DNA of 64,000 nucleotides from an uncultured Pirellula sp. (GCA_964483385.1 CAZACJ010000001.1:18780-82779); one strand, 5' to 3'; counted from the first letter of the stretch, positions 34,059-43,335 are shown. Made by a program: numbers and translations. Notes: a model not told the origin generated them from the letters alone.

Positions 34059-37000
34059 TTACCGAAAGTCGCGGGAGCGCCAATCGATGGGTCCTAAAGA
34101 GTTGGAGAGATCTTCGAGGCGTCCTGCGACGACGTGGATGACCCCTTTTCGGTTTTCTAAGGTACCGTGAACGAGCCAAGCATTGGATTGTTTGCAGATA
34201 AGGTAGTGGGCTTCCCAGGTTCTCGGGTGGATGACGAGATTGATGCTACCGGTTTCATCTTCCATGGTGACGAAGGTGATGCCTTTGGCGGTACCGGGGC
34301 GTTGTCGCAGAACGATAAGGCCGGCGACGCGAACGAATTGTCCGTGGTTTAGGGAGGCTAATTCGCTTGCGGTGCGCACGCGTAGGTTTCGTAGTTGATT
34401 GCGGTAGAACTGCATGGGGTGGCCTTGGAGAGAGAGGCCGAGAGTAGCGTAATCGGTTGCAACTTCTTCCATGGGGTTCATGGGTGCGAGGGAATCTGGG
34501 ATGGGGTCATCGACATCTGCACCGGCGGCTTCTAGGAGCGGCAGTGACGTGTGTGTTTTGTCTTGTCCTAGTGCTTGCCAGTATGCGGCGCGTCGATTAC
34601 CTGAGAGGCTAGCGAGAGCACCACTATCGGCGAGTATTGTCAGCGTGGCTTGAGAGAATCGGCATCGCCTAACGAGCTCGCTTTGGTCGCTAAATTTTCC
34701 GTTGCGATTGCGTTCTTCTACGAGGATTTGTGCATCTGATTGATGCAGTCCGCGGATTAGTTGAAGTCCTAGGCGAATACGGAGTGTTTGAGGTGAGGTA
34801 GTTGTTACTTGGGAGGGTTCGAGGGTGGACTCCCAGTGGCTTGTATTGACATCGACGGGAGCGATAGCGACTGCATGTCTTTGGGCATCGGCTATCAGTT
34901 GGGCAGGGGAGTAGAATCCGAGTGGTTGGCTATTGAGGAGTGCGCAGCAGAAAGCTTGTGGGTAGTGGTATTTGATCCAGCAGCTTGCGTAGACGAGTAG
35001 GGCGAAGCTAGCGGCGTGGGATTCGGGGAATCCGTATTCACCGAATCCGCGAATTTGGTGGAAAACGGTTTGTGCAAATTCTTCGGAGAGACCTTTCTTG
35101 CGCATACCGTCGACAAGTTTTCGTTTGAATTGATCGATGACGCCGGGGCGTCTCCAAGCGGCCATAGCGCGGCGTAGTTGGTCAGCTTCACCGGGTGTGA
35201 AATCTGCGGCGGCGACGGCCAGTCGCATCGCTTGTTCTTGGAAGATGGGTACTCCCATGGTTTTTCGGAGGACTTGAGCGATGGCTTCTGTGGGATATGG
35301 GGGGTGGATACCGGTTTGTCGTGCGGTGAGGTAGGGGTGAACCATATTGCCTTGGATGGGGCCTGGTCGCACGATTGCGACTTCGATCACTAGATCGTAG
35401 AAGCAGCGTGGTCTCAGTCTGGGGAGCATGCTCATCTGTGCGCGGCTTTCGATTTGAAAGACGCCGACGGTATCGGCTGAGCAGATCATGTCGTAGACTT
35501 GGGAATCGTCTGGGGGGATGGACGCGAGGGTGAGTGGACGTTGAAAGTGGTTACCGATCAAATCCATGGCTCGATGCAAAGCGGAGAGCATTCCTAAGGC
35601 GAGGCAATCGACTTTGAGGATACCGAGTTCATCGAGATCGTCTTTGTCCCATTGGATGATGGTACGCTCTTGCATGGACGCGTTTTCGATGGGGCAAAGT
35701 TCCCAGAGTTTTCCGTTGGTCATGACCATGCCGCCGGTATGTTGGGAGAGGTGACGTGGGAAACCGAGGATGGATTCGACGAGGTATAGGAAGCGTATTG
35801 CGGAGGGGGTTGTTGGATCGATTCCTATTTGTTGGAGTCGAACAGAGAGGTTTTCTGAGAGTGATTCTTTGCTTGAACGACCGTCGATGACTTTTGCGAG
35901 GCTATCGATATGGTCGTTTGACCATCCAAGGGCTTTTGCGCATTCTCTGGCGGCGGAACGGGTTCTATAGGTTGTCACAGCGGCGGTCATTCCAGCTCGT
36001 TCGCGACCATACTTAGCGTAGACGTATTGGATGACTTCCTCGCGGCGTTGGTGTTCGAAGTCGACATCGATGTCGGGGGCTTCGTTTCGTTCGCGGCTGA
36101 TGAAGCGTTCGAAGAGTAGGTCGTAGCAGCTAGGGTCGACGCTGGTTATTCCCAAGCAGAAGCAGACTGCGGAGTTGGCGGCAGAACCGCGGCCTTGGCA
36201 GAGGATATTTCGAGAGCGGGCGAATCGGACGATATCCCAGACGGTTAAGAAGTAGGCTTCGTAGTGTAGTTCTTCGATCAGGTGGATTTCGTGTCGAAGC
36301 ATCTCTACGATGCGCATGGGGACACCGTTTGGGTATCGCGATTTTGCACCTTGCCAGGTGAGTTGTTTGAGGTATTCGATGGCAGACATGCCATCGGGAG
36401 CCCATTCGGTTGGGTATTCGTAGCGAAGAGAATCGAGTCGAAAGGTGAGTTCAGACGCTATTTGTTCGGTGCGTTGGATTGCTTCTGGGATAGAGCGATA
36501 GAGGCTAGCGATTTGTTCGAGGGAGCGCAGAGCGTATTGAGCGTTGGCGGGTCTGAACGAGGCGACTTGATCGATGGTGCTACCAGTTGCGATGGCTTGG
36601 AGGCAATCGTGCAGGACCATACGATGGTGATGGTGATAGAGCGTCCCGCCGGCGGCGACGAGTGGAACGTTGCTGAGGGTGCTCCATCGATTAAGGATAT
36701 CGAGTCGTTGTGCGTCGTGTGGGCCGAGGTGAAGGTGTGCGAGAAGGTAGGCGCGATTTGGGAGTAGTTCGCGAAATGCGGCGAGCCACTGTAGCCAAGG
36801 AAGTTCATCGTAGGGGTCGAAGCGATGACCGGCGGGGCACCAGGGTTCCAGAGGGATAGGTTTTAGCGAGATGCAGTCCGGTTGATACCGATCTTCTGTG
36901 GGTTGTGATTCTTGGGTGGTATAGTCGTCTTGGTCGGGTGGTTCCCAGCCGAGGACTGAGGAGGGGCGTCCTGCGGGGAGAGAGGGGATAAGTCCGGCGA

Positions 37001-37370
37001 TACATTCGCAGGTGTGATCAGCAATATCGTGCCAGGAGATGGTGGAGAATCCTTTGGCGGCTCGCAGTCTTCCAATGCTGAGTAACTTGCAGAGGTCCGC
37101 GTAGCCTTGTCGGTTTTTTGGCCAAAGCACCAGCGGGGGGCCGTCGATCGGGTTGATTTCGCAGCCGACATAGAAGGGAATCTCAGAATCTTTTGCGGCG
37201 GTGTGAGCGCGGACGATACCTGCGAGTGTATCGCGATCGGTGATGGCAATTCCTGCGTAATTGAGTTCTTTGGCCGTTGCCGTCAGTTCGTGGGCGTGCG
37301 AAGCCCCTTCGAGGAAGGAGAAATTCGACTTACAATGGAGTTCTACGTAACGTACGCGGAGATTATTCAT
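34059..37370 (-). CDS. dnaE2: Error-prone DNA polymerase III alpha, DnaE2
   Basis: 1103 aa. YVELHCKSNFSFLEGASH (PHP), GRGSAANSAVC, PDIDVDFEH, PRHLSQHTGG, FGEYGFPESHA, OB fold and the DnaE2 signature C-terminus SRDFR. Confidence 0.97.
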   Translation of the reverse strand: MNNLRVRYVELHCKSNFSFLEGASHAHELTATAKELNYAGIAITDRDTLAGIVRAHTAAKDSEIPFYVGCEINPIDGPPLVLWPKNRQGYADLCKLLSIGRLRAAKGFSTISWHDIADHTCECIAGLIPSLPAGRPSSVLGWEPPDQDDYTTQESQPTEDRYQPDCISLKPIPLEPWCPAGHRFDPYDELPWLQWLAAFRELLPNRAYLLAHLHLGPHDAQRLDILNRWSTLSNVPLVAAGGTLYHHHHRMVLHDCLQAIATGSTIDQVASFRPANAQYALRSLEQIASLYRSIPEAIQRTEQIASELTFRLDSLRYEYPTEWAPDGMSAIEYLKQLTWQGAKSRYPNGVPMRIVEMLRHEIHLIEELHYEAYFLTVWDIVRFARSRNILCQGRGSAANSAVCFCLGITSVDPSCYDLLFERFISRERNEAPDIDVDFEHQRREEVIQYVYAKYGRERAGMTAAVTTYRTRSAARECAKALGWSNDHIDSLAKVIDGRSSKESLSENLSVRLQQIGIDPTTPSAIRFLYLVESILGFPRHLSQHTGGMVMTNGKLWELCPIENASMQERTIIQWDKDDLDELGILKVDCLALGMLSALHRAMDLIGNHFQRPLTLASIPPDDSQVYDMICSADTVGVFQIESRAQMSMLPRLRPRCFYDLVIEVAIVRPGPIQGNMVHPYLTARQTGIHPPYPTEAIAQVLRKTMGVPIFQEQAMRLAVAAADFTPGEADQLRRAMAAWRRPGVIDQFKRKLVDGMRKKGLSEEFAQTVFHQIRGFGEYGFPESHAASFALLVYASCWIKYHYPQAFCCALLNSQPLGFYSPAQLIADAQRHAVAIAPVDVNTSHWESTLEPSQVTTTSPQTLRIRLGLQLIRGLHQSDAQILVEERNRNGKFSDQSELVRRCRFSQATLTILADSGALASLSGNRRAAYWQALGQDKTHTSLPLLEAAGADVDDPIPDSLAPMNPMEEVATDYATLGLSLQGHPMQFYRNQLRNLRVRTASELASLNHGQFVRVAGLIVLRQRPGTAKGITFVTMEDETGSINLVIHPRTWEAHYLICKQSNAWLVHGTLENRKGVIHVVAGRLEDLSNSLGPIDWRSRDFR

Positions 37371-37414
37371 ACACTGTTAGTCTACCGCATTCCCTCCATT
37401 GCAAAGGTCTAGAC

Positions 37415-40114
37415 ATGTTGTTTCCTGAACGAAGAACTTCCGCGAAGCGAATCGAGGTGTGTGGGGGCTTGGCATGGGGCGGTTTGGGTAAGTGGATTTC
37501 TGGAGTGTTGGTGTGTGGAGTTTTTACGGCGGTACCGATTGAAGCTCAAGAGGGGGGCGTGGAGGGCGCTAGCAAGCCAGATGATTTTGCGCATACGGTG
37601 GTGCCCATTATCAAGAAGCACTGCATTGAGTGTCATGCGGGCAATGAGAAGAAGGGTGGTTTTTCGATCAACACGCGTGAGGATTTGTTGCGTGGAGGAG
37701 AGTCGATTTCTGGGGTAGGCTTGAATGGGGATAGTTCTGCGGCAGAGATGTTGCGTGCTGTTGCGCAAGGGTTACGGGAGCGGATCGAGACGCAAGACAG
37801 AGATTTAAGGATGCCCCCAGATGGGCCGGGGCTGACGGAGGCCGAGAAAAGAGTATTGGTAGCTTGGGTTTCGCAGGGGATGGATTGGGAGCCAGGGTTT
37901 ACTTTTGGCGAGCGGAGTTACGAACCACCTTTGCGTCCTAGAGCGGTTGAATTACCACCGGGAAATTCACCGGATCGTATGCATCCGATCGACCGAATCT
38001 TGGATGCTGTGCGAGTGGATAGTGGGGGAGAAATTTTGCCGGTCGTGGATGATCGCACTTTTGTGCGGCGAGCGTATTTGGATTTGATTGGTTTGTTGCC
38101 GACCCCGGAGCAGACGGAGGGGTTTGTAAGCAGTGAGAATGTTCGTAAGCGTGAGGAGTTGGTTCGCGAGTTATTGGGACGTGACATCGAGGTTGCGGAG
38201 CATTGGTTGACATTTTGGAATGACTTATTGCGGAATGACTACACGGGAACGGGATTTATCACGGGTGGGAGAACACAGATCACGAAGTGGTTGTATGAGG
38301 CTTTGGTGACGAACAAGCCGTACGATCAGATGGTCCGCGAGTTGATTGCGCCGCCTAGTGCAGAGAGTGCGGGTTTTTCTGGAGGGATTAAGTGGCGAGG
38401 TGAAGTTAGTGCGGGGCAGACGGTGGAGATTCAGTTTGCACAGAGTGTAGGGCAAGCTTTTTTGGGTATCAATCTAAAGTGTGCATCTTGTCATGATAGT
38501 TTCATTGATCGTTGGAGGTTGAAGGATGCGTACGGTATTGCGGCGGTTTACGCGAATCAGCCGTTGGTGATTCATCGTTGCGACAAATCGACGGGAGAGC
38601 AGGCTACGGCGGGGTGGTTGTATCCTGAGTTAGGGCAAGTGGATTCGAATGCATCGCAACCTCAGCGGCTCAAGCAACTCGCCGATTTGATGACTCATCG
38701 GGAGAATGGTCGATTTGCGAGAACGATTGTGAATCGGATTTGGCACCGGATGATGGGGCGAGGGATTGTGCATCCCACGGATGCGATGGAGACGCAACCG
38801 TGGAATGAAGATTTGTTGGACATGTTGTCCAATGAGTTTGTGGCCAGTGGGTATGATTTGCGCAAGTTGATTGAGACGATAGCAACTTCAAAGGCTTATC
38901 AAAGTCCTGCGGAGAGGCTTGTGGGTGATGAAGGAATTGTGGCTTACCGTTATGCGGGGACGCGGGGTAAGCGATTGACAGCCGAGCAGTTTGTCGATGC
39001 GGTATGGCAGCTTACGGGGGCTTCGCCGAGCAAATTTGACGCGGGGGTGGTTCGAGTCGGTCCGCCGAAGAAAGAGTTTTCGGGGGAGAGTGTGTTGGAT
39101 GGGGAAGATACGAGTGCTGGGGTGGTGCAAGCGGCGCGAGGAGCGCGGGAAGTGGAAGGGGAGTGGATTTGGGGTTCTAGTGCAAAGGGTGCTCCTGGTC
39201 CTGCGGCGAATGAGACGGTTTGGTTTCGCAAAACGTTTGAGCTCCCATTTGAAGTTGAGCGGGCATCGGGCACGATTACTTGCGACAACAGTTATCGACT
39301 TTGGGTGAATGGACAGTTGGTTCTCGAAGATGGGAATTGGGAGGGAGTCGAAGTGTTTTCTGGGTTGGAATTTCTTCGGCCTGGTCAGAACGAGATACTG
39401 GTGGAAGGGAAAAACGGTGGAAGCGGACCGAATCCTGCGGCGCTGTATTTTGAGTGGATCTTGGCGGGCTTCGATCCAAAGGGTGAGCAGTTCTCAAAGC
39501 CAGATAAACAACGAAGTTCGATTTTGCGAATCGTTTCTTCTACGGAATGGCAATGTTTCACCGGTGGTGGGATAGCACCTGAGGGTACAGATCGCAGTTC
39601 GATTTTATGGGAGTCTGCAGTGCGAGCCACTGGGCCTTGGGGGGATAGGTTGCGGGATGAGATATCTCGCAAGATGATCGAAGGGTTAGAAGGGGAGTTG
39701 AAGATGGTCAGGGCCTCGTTAGTGAAGGCGGACTTTTTGATGAGGAGTTTGGGCCGGCCGAATCGGGATCAGATTGTCACGGTCAGGCCGACGGAGTTAA
39801 CTACTTTGGAGGCGATGGATTTATCTAATGGGGAGACACTTGCGGAGTGGTTGCGGTTTGGGGCGAAGCGATGGATAGCGTCCTTGGCGATGCGAGGGGA
39901 GTTCGACGGTGAGCAGAGCGGAGCGGAGCGAGGCAGAGAGTACTGGCGAAGGGAGTTGATTGAGCCTTTGTATCTGCATGCATTGAGTCGACATCCTACT
40001 GAATTGGAGTTATCTGCAATTTATGAAGCGGTTGGAGAGAGACTGGAGAATCAGGACGTTGAGGATTTGATTTGGAGTTTGGTGATGTTGCCAGAGTTTC
40101 AGTATGTCCGTTAA
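37415..40114 (+). CDS. PSCyt1 + DUF1549 + DUF1553 protein with inserted sugar-binding-like domain
   Basis: IIKKHCIECH, RRAYLDLIGLLPT, WLTFWNDLLRND, CASCHD, ARTIVNRIWHRMMGRG. Insert WIWG...WFRKTF...CDNSYRLWVNG...PGQNEILV. Start moved to ATG 37415 so that it does not overlap dnaE2. Confidence 0.88.
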   Translation: MLFPERRTSAKRIEVCGGLAWGGLGKWISGVLVCGVFTAVPIEAQEGGVEGASKPDDFAHTVVPIIKKHCIECHAGNEKKGGFSINTREDLLRGGESISGVGLNGDSSAAEMLRAVAQGLRERIETQDRDLRMPPDGPGLTEAEKRVLVAWVSQGMDWEPGFTFGERSYEPPLRPRAVELPPGNSPDRMHPIDRILDAVRVDSGGEILPVVDDRTFVRRAYLDLIGLLPTPEQTEGFVSSENVRKREELVRELLGRDIEVAEHWLTFWNDLLRNDYTGTGFITGGRTQITKWLYEALVTNKPYDQMVRELIAPPSAESAGFSGGIKWRGEVSAGQTVEIQFAQSVGQAFLGINLKCASCHDSFIDRWRLKDAYGIAAVYANQPLVIHRCDKSTGEQATAGWLYPELGQVDSNASQPQRLKQLADLMTHRENGRFARTIVNRIWHRMMGRGIVHPTDAMETQPWNEDLLDMLSNEFVASGYDLRKLIETIATSKAYQSPAERLVGDEGIVAYRYAGTRGKRLTAEQFVDAVWQLTGASPSKFDAGVVRVGPPKKEFSGESVLDGEDTSAGVVQAARGAREVEGEWIWGSSAKGAPGPAANETVWFRKTFELPFEVERASGTITCDNSYRLWVNGQLVLEDGNWEGVEVFSGLEFLRPGQNEILVEGKNGGSGPNPAALYFEWILAGFDPKGEQFSKPDKQRSSILRIVSSTEWQCFTGGGIAPEGTDRSSILWESAVRATGPWGDRLRDEISRKMIEGLEGELKMVRASLVKADFLMRSLGRPNRDQIVTVRPTELTTLEAMDLSNGETLAEWLRFGAKRWIASLAMRGEFDGEQSGAERGREYWRRELIEPLYLHALSRHPTELELSAIYEAVGERLENQDVEDLIWSLVMLPEFQYVR

Positions 40115-40242
40115 CTTTCTGGAAACTTAGTTGATTTTTCGTTGTGTGGATCGGTACAATGGGGACGGTGCTGCGAAACGCATCGCGGCTTGCGTATCCG
40201 TGCAATCGGCTTCCGATTCTAGGCAACCTGGGAGTTTTGATT

Positions 40243-40394
40243 GCCTGGCTCGTTTCGAAAGGAGGTGATTAGTGAATTCTTGTTCTACTAGCCAAAGGGG
40301 TGGGGCGTCTTAAGCATGCCGGCGGGCTGCATAAGACAAGCAGCTCCAACCCCAGCTTGTGAATGAAATGAATCACCATTTCACCCTTACAGGC
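40243..40394 (+). ncRNA. Candidate structured RNA with 6S (SsrS)-like rod and central bubble
   Basis: Nested complementary segments: GCCTG 40243-47 / CAGGC 40390-94; GAAA / TTTC; GGTGATT 40264-70 / AATCACC 40371-77; GGGGTGGGGC 40297-306 / GCTCCAACCCC 40343-53; GTCTTA 40307-12 / TAAGAC 40332-37. A strong terminator follows. No covariance-model search was run. Confidence 0.5.
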
Positions 40395-40410
40395 TAAAGT
40401 GACGGTAACG

Positions 40411-40450
40411 GCCCGTGCTGCTGCGATTCTGCGGTAGCACGGGCTTTTTT
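40411..40450 (+). terminator. Strong intrinsic terminator
   Basis: GCCCGTGCTGCTGCG-ATTC-TGCGGTAGCACGGGC (15-bp stem with G:U pairs) followed by TTTTTT. Confidence 0.88.
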
Positions 40451-40477
40451 GTTTGGAGGGGGGGAAGATTGGATTGG

Positions 40478-41011
40478 TTAGGGTAGTTCGTAGAGTTCGG
40501 GGTCGACGTTGGGGGCTTCGAGAAGTTTTCGAAGGGTGTTTTTTATTTTTTGGGAGTGATGAGGTTCGCTCTTTGCGAACGGGTCCGTTTGTGATTCGAT
40601 TTCGTCTCCGATATGTTCGTCGATGGAGTCAGGGTCTTCGCCTGCTTCCATTCTGCGCATTGCTTCGAGCATTGCTCCGGAGGGTTCTGCTCCGGCGAGT
40701 TCGAACATGCGGTTCATTAGTTTTGCCATTTGTCGGGGGTCTTCGGATTCATCGGAATTACTTAGACTGGGTGCGAATTCGCTCATCAGTTGTTCCATTT
40801 TGGAATCGTCCAAGTGGGCGAATGGGTCTTGTGGATCCGCTTGGTTCTGGGGTTCGATCAATCCTTTTGATATAGCGAAACGAGATACTTTTTTCTCCAT
40901 GTCGTTTCTGCCACATTTTGGGCAGAGAACTTGGTTAGGCACCTGCATTTTACGGGCAAGAAAGTTAAAAATAGTATGGCAGTTGCCGCAGTAGAATTCG
41001 TACACTGGCAT
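40478..41011 (-). CDS. FmdB-family zinc-ribbon protein with acidic helical C-terminal extension
   Basis: 177 aa. MPVYEFYCGNC...CPKCG. Confidence 0.85.
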   Translation of the reverse strand: MPVYEFYCGNCHTIFNFLARKMQVPNQVLCPKCGRNDMEKKVSRFAISKGLIEPQNQADPQDPFAHLDDSKMEQLMSEFAPSLSNSDESEDPRQMAKLMNRMFELAGAEPSGAMLEAMRRMEAGEDPDSIDEHIGDEIESQTDPFAKSEPHHSQKIKNTLRKLLEAPNVDPELYELP

Positions 41012-41149
41012 TGGCTGGGGGTACCTTGGGATTCTTGACCGGGGGGTTGGAAAGGCTATGCTTGTTCAAGTTTTACCTTGTCCCTTTGGCGGGAGCGAGT
41101 CGATTTTTTATCCACGACTTTGGATCGCCGACGGCGAGTGATCTAGCAA

Positions 41150-41899
41150 ATGGAATACGAACCCTTGATCGGATCTTTAGGTGCCGATCCTCCGTTGATA
41201 CCGACGCCGGAAGTGCTTGAAGAGTTGCGATCGGTGAGTTTAGGGTTTGAAGAGTCGGAGCCTGAGGAGATTTTGAAGTGGGCTTTGGATCGTTATTCGG
41301 ATCGGTTCACGATGGCAACGGCGTTTGGGCCCGAGGGTATGGTGATTCTCGAGATGTTATCGAGGGTTGCGCCTAAGGCGCATGTGTTTAATTTGGACAC
41401 TGGGTATCAGTTTCCCGAGACGCTTGCCTTGCGAGATCGCGTAGCGGAGTTGTACGGTATCGAAGTCGAATTGATGCGTCCTGAGCAGAGTGTTGAGGTG
41501 TACGAGTTATCGAATGGCGGGCCTGTTTACAAGTCGGATCCGAATCGTTGCTGCAATGACCGCAAGATCGCTGTGTTGCGTAGGGCTGCTTTGGGTAAAT
41601 ATGCTTGGGCTAGTGCCATTCGTCGGGATCAGAGTCCGGATCGATTGCGAGCACCGATCGTAGGTTGGGACAGTAAATTTCATTTGGTCAAGATATCGCC
41701 GTTGGCGAATTGGACGAAGAAGAAGGTGTGGGAGAGGATTACCTCCAAGGGGATACCATATAACCCTTTGCACGATCAGGGTTACACGAGTATTGGATGT
41801 TGGCCGTGCACGCGTGCGGTGAGTTTTGGCGAGGACGAGCGAGCGGGGCGTTGGAGTGGTACTGGGAAGACTGAGTGTGGATTGCACACTCAAGATTAA
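41150..41899 (+). CDS. cysH: Phosphoadenosine phosphosulfate (PAPS/APS) reductase
   Basis: 249 aa. TAFGPEG, LDTGYQFPET, RCCNDRK, IRRDQS, YTSIGCWPCT, RAGRW, KTECGLH. Confidence 0.95.
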   Translation: MEYEPLIGSLGADPPLIPTPEVLEELRSVSLGFEESEPEEILKWALDRYSDRFTMATAFGPEGMVILEMLSRVAPKAHVFNLDTGYQFPETLALRDRVAELYGIEVELMRPEQSVEVYELSNGGPVYKSDPNRCCNDRKIAVLRRAALGKYAWASAIRRDQSPDRLRAPIVGWDSKFHLVKISPLANWTKKKVWERITSKGIPYNPLHDQGYTSIGCWPCTRAVSFGEDERAGRWSGTGKTECGLHTQD

Positions 41900-42058
41900 G
41901 ATTTCGGGCGTGGGGTAGATTTCTGGGGGGAGTCCGGTTTCTGAGGGATTTGGTACAATCCCGGTTTGGAATTAGTCAAACGTTTGCCGTAGCGTCCGAT
42001 TTGGGCTCAAAGTGGCGCGTTTGGGGAACTTTGTTTACGCAAGAAAGCAGCAATTGCC

Positions 42059-42553
42059 ATGGCAGTCGTATTAAAGACCAATCAAGGGGACATTACCATT
42101 GAGCTCGACGAGAAGTCGGCACCGCTAACGGTAGCGAATTTTCTGGATTACGCCAAATCGGGGCATTACGACGGCACCATCTTTCATCGGGTAATCCCTG
42201 GATTCATGATTCAGGGAGGTGGTTTTTCCGATGGGATGGTTCAGAAGAAGACCAAGGCGCCGATTAAGAATGAGTCTTCGAATGGATTGAGTAATTTAAA
42301 GTACACGATTGCCATGGCGCGAACGTCGGTACCTGACAGTGCGACGAGTCAGTTTTTCATCAACGTTTCGGACAATCGATTTTTGGACAAGGCGCAGTCT
42401 CAGGATGGTGTGGGGTATTGTGTGTTCGGCAAAGTCACGGCGGGAATGGAAGTTGTGAATGCGATTGAAGGTGTGGATACGACTCGGCGCAGTGGCCATT
42501 CTGACGTTCCGGTCGAGGTCATTGAGATTCTATCGGTGGAAGTTACCGAGTAG
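42059..42553 (+). CDS. Cyclophilin-type peptidyl-prolyl cis-trans isomerase
   Basis: 164 aa. APLTVANF, YDGTIFHRVIPGFMIQGGG, AMART, SATSQFFIN, GYCVFGKV. Confidence 0.96.
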   Translation: MAVVLKTNQGDITIELDEKSAPLTVANFLDYAKSGHYDGTIFHRVIPGFMIQGGGFSDGMVQKKTKAPIKNESSNGLSNLKYTIAMARTSVPDSATSQFFINVSDNRFLDKAQSQDGVGYCVFGKVTAGMEVVNAIEGVDTTRRSGHSDVPVEVIEILSVEVTE

Positions 42554-42576
42554 AGGCTGGTGAGAGAATCGCGTGC

Positions 42577-42602
42577 CTATCGATCCCATTTGGGATCGAT
42601 AG
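42577..42602. terminator. Hairpin between convergent genes (probable bidirectional terminator)
   Basis: Perfect 11-bp stem CTATCGATCCC-ATTT-GGGATCGATAG; weak U-tracts. Confidence 0.55.
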
Positions 42603-42702
42603 CTTCTGAGGCCTCAAGAGATAGAGCAGCCATTGGTGGGGATTCTCAGGTTTGCGTTTCCGGTTGCGTGAAACGCAAGCTAGAGGTTGTAGTTGCGGGT
42701 GG

Positions 42703-43335
42703 TTACTTTTGGGACGAGTTGTTTGCGGTCGCGGCAGCGCGGGCCATAGACGGGACGACAAGCCAGGCCAGGGCGGTGAAGGCGAGGGTGAATATTAGGT
42801 CGCTGGTGAGCGTCGACCTCCAGAAGGGGATTGCAGCGAGGTAGCAGTCGAGCAATCCATTCAGAGACTTTGCGTACTGCATACGCGGATCGAGCCAAGC
42901 TCCGAAGTTGCTGATGAGGAAGAAAGCGAACGATCCTGCGAGGGTTGCCAGTGGGAGTCCCGTGAATAGTTTGGAGGAAGATTTCGTCAATTGCGAGCGG
43001 AAGGCACTGGCAACGAGAGTCATGCTTGCGAAGCCGACGTAGTTGAGTGCCATGGCGAGTGGGTCGTAGAAGCCCATTCCTGGGATATGTGCGAAGTGGC
43101 CGATGCAGTCAGCGATAAAGAGAATGCATACGGGGATCCACCAGCGGGTTGCGTTCGGAGCGAAGATCCCGCAGAAGATTGCCAGAGCGCCGAAAGCCGA
43201 GAAGTTTTCTGGTAGCGGTGCGAAGCGGAGAGCGAGCGTGAGGAGTCCAAGAAGTCCGCAAATCATCAAAACTTGGGTAGAGTTCCAATGAAAGGCCGCG
43301 TTGGCATTGGCATCGGCTTGTTTTCGAAACTGCAT
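42703..43335 (-). CDS. DUF6580 family putative transport membrane protein
   Basis: 210 aa multi-TM protein with LRFAPLPENFSAFGALAIF, FFLISNFGAW, Y...GLLDCYLAAIPFWR. Confidence 0.75.
   Translation of the reverse strand: MQFRKQADANANAAFHWNSTQVLMICGLLGLLTLALRFAPLPENFSAFGALAIFCGIFAPNATRWWIPVCILFIADCIGHFAHIPGMGFYDPLAMALNYVGFASMTLVASAFRSQLTKSSSKLFTGLPLATLAGSFAFFLISNFGAWLDPRMQYAKSLNGLLDCYLAAIPFWRSTLTSDLIFTLAFTALAWLVVPSMARAAATANNSSQK

Noticed and set aside
37277-37414. Long N-terminal extensions given by the ORF track (also for hisS, queD, MazG-like, metK, lspA, nucleotide-sugar dehydrogenase and two DUF1553 genes)
   Set aside because: They overlap neighbouring genes or terminators and lack family similarity; downstream starts fit better.
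37371-37440. LexA/SOS box for dnaE2
   Set aside because: No match to CTGT-N8-ACAG, GAAC-N4-GTTC, GTTC-N7-GTTC or TGTTC-N4-GAACA; only partial GAAC half-sites.
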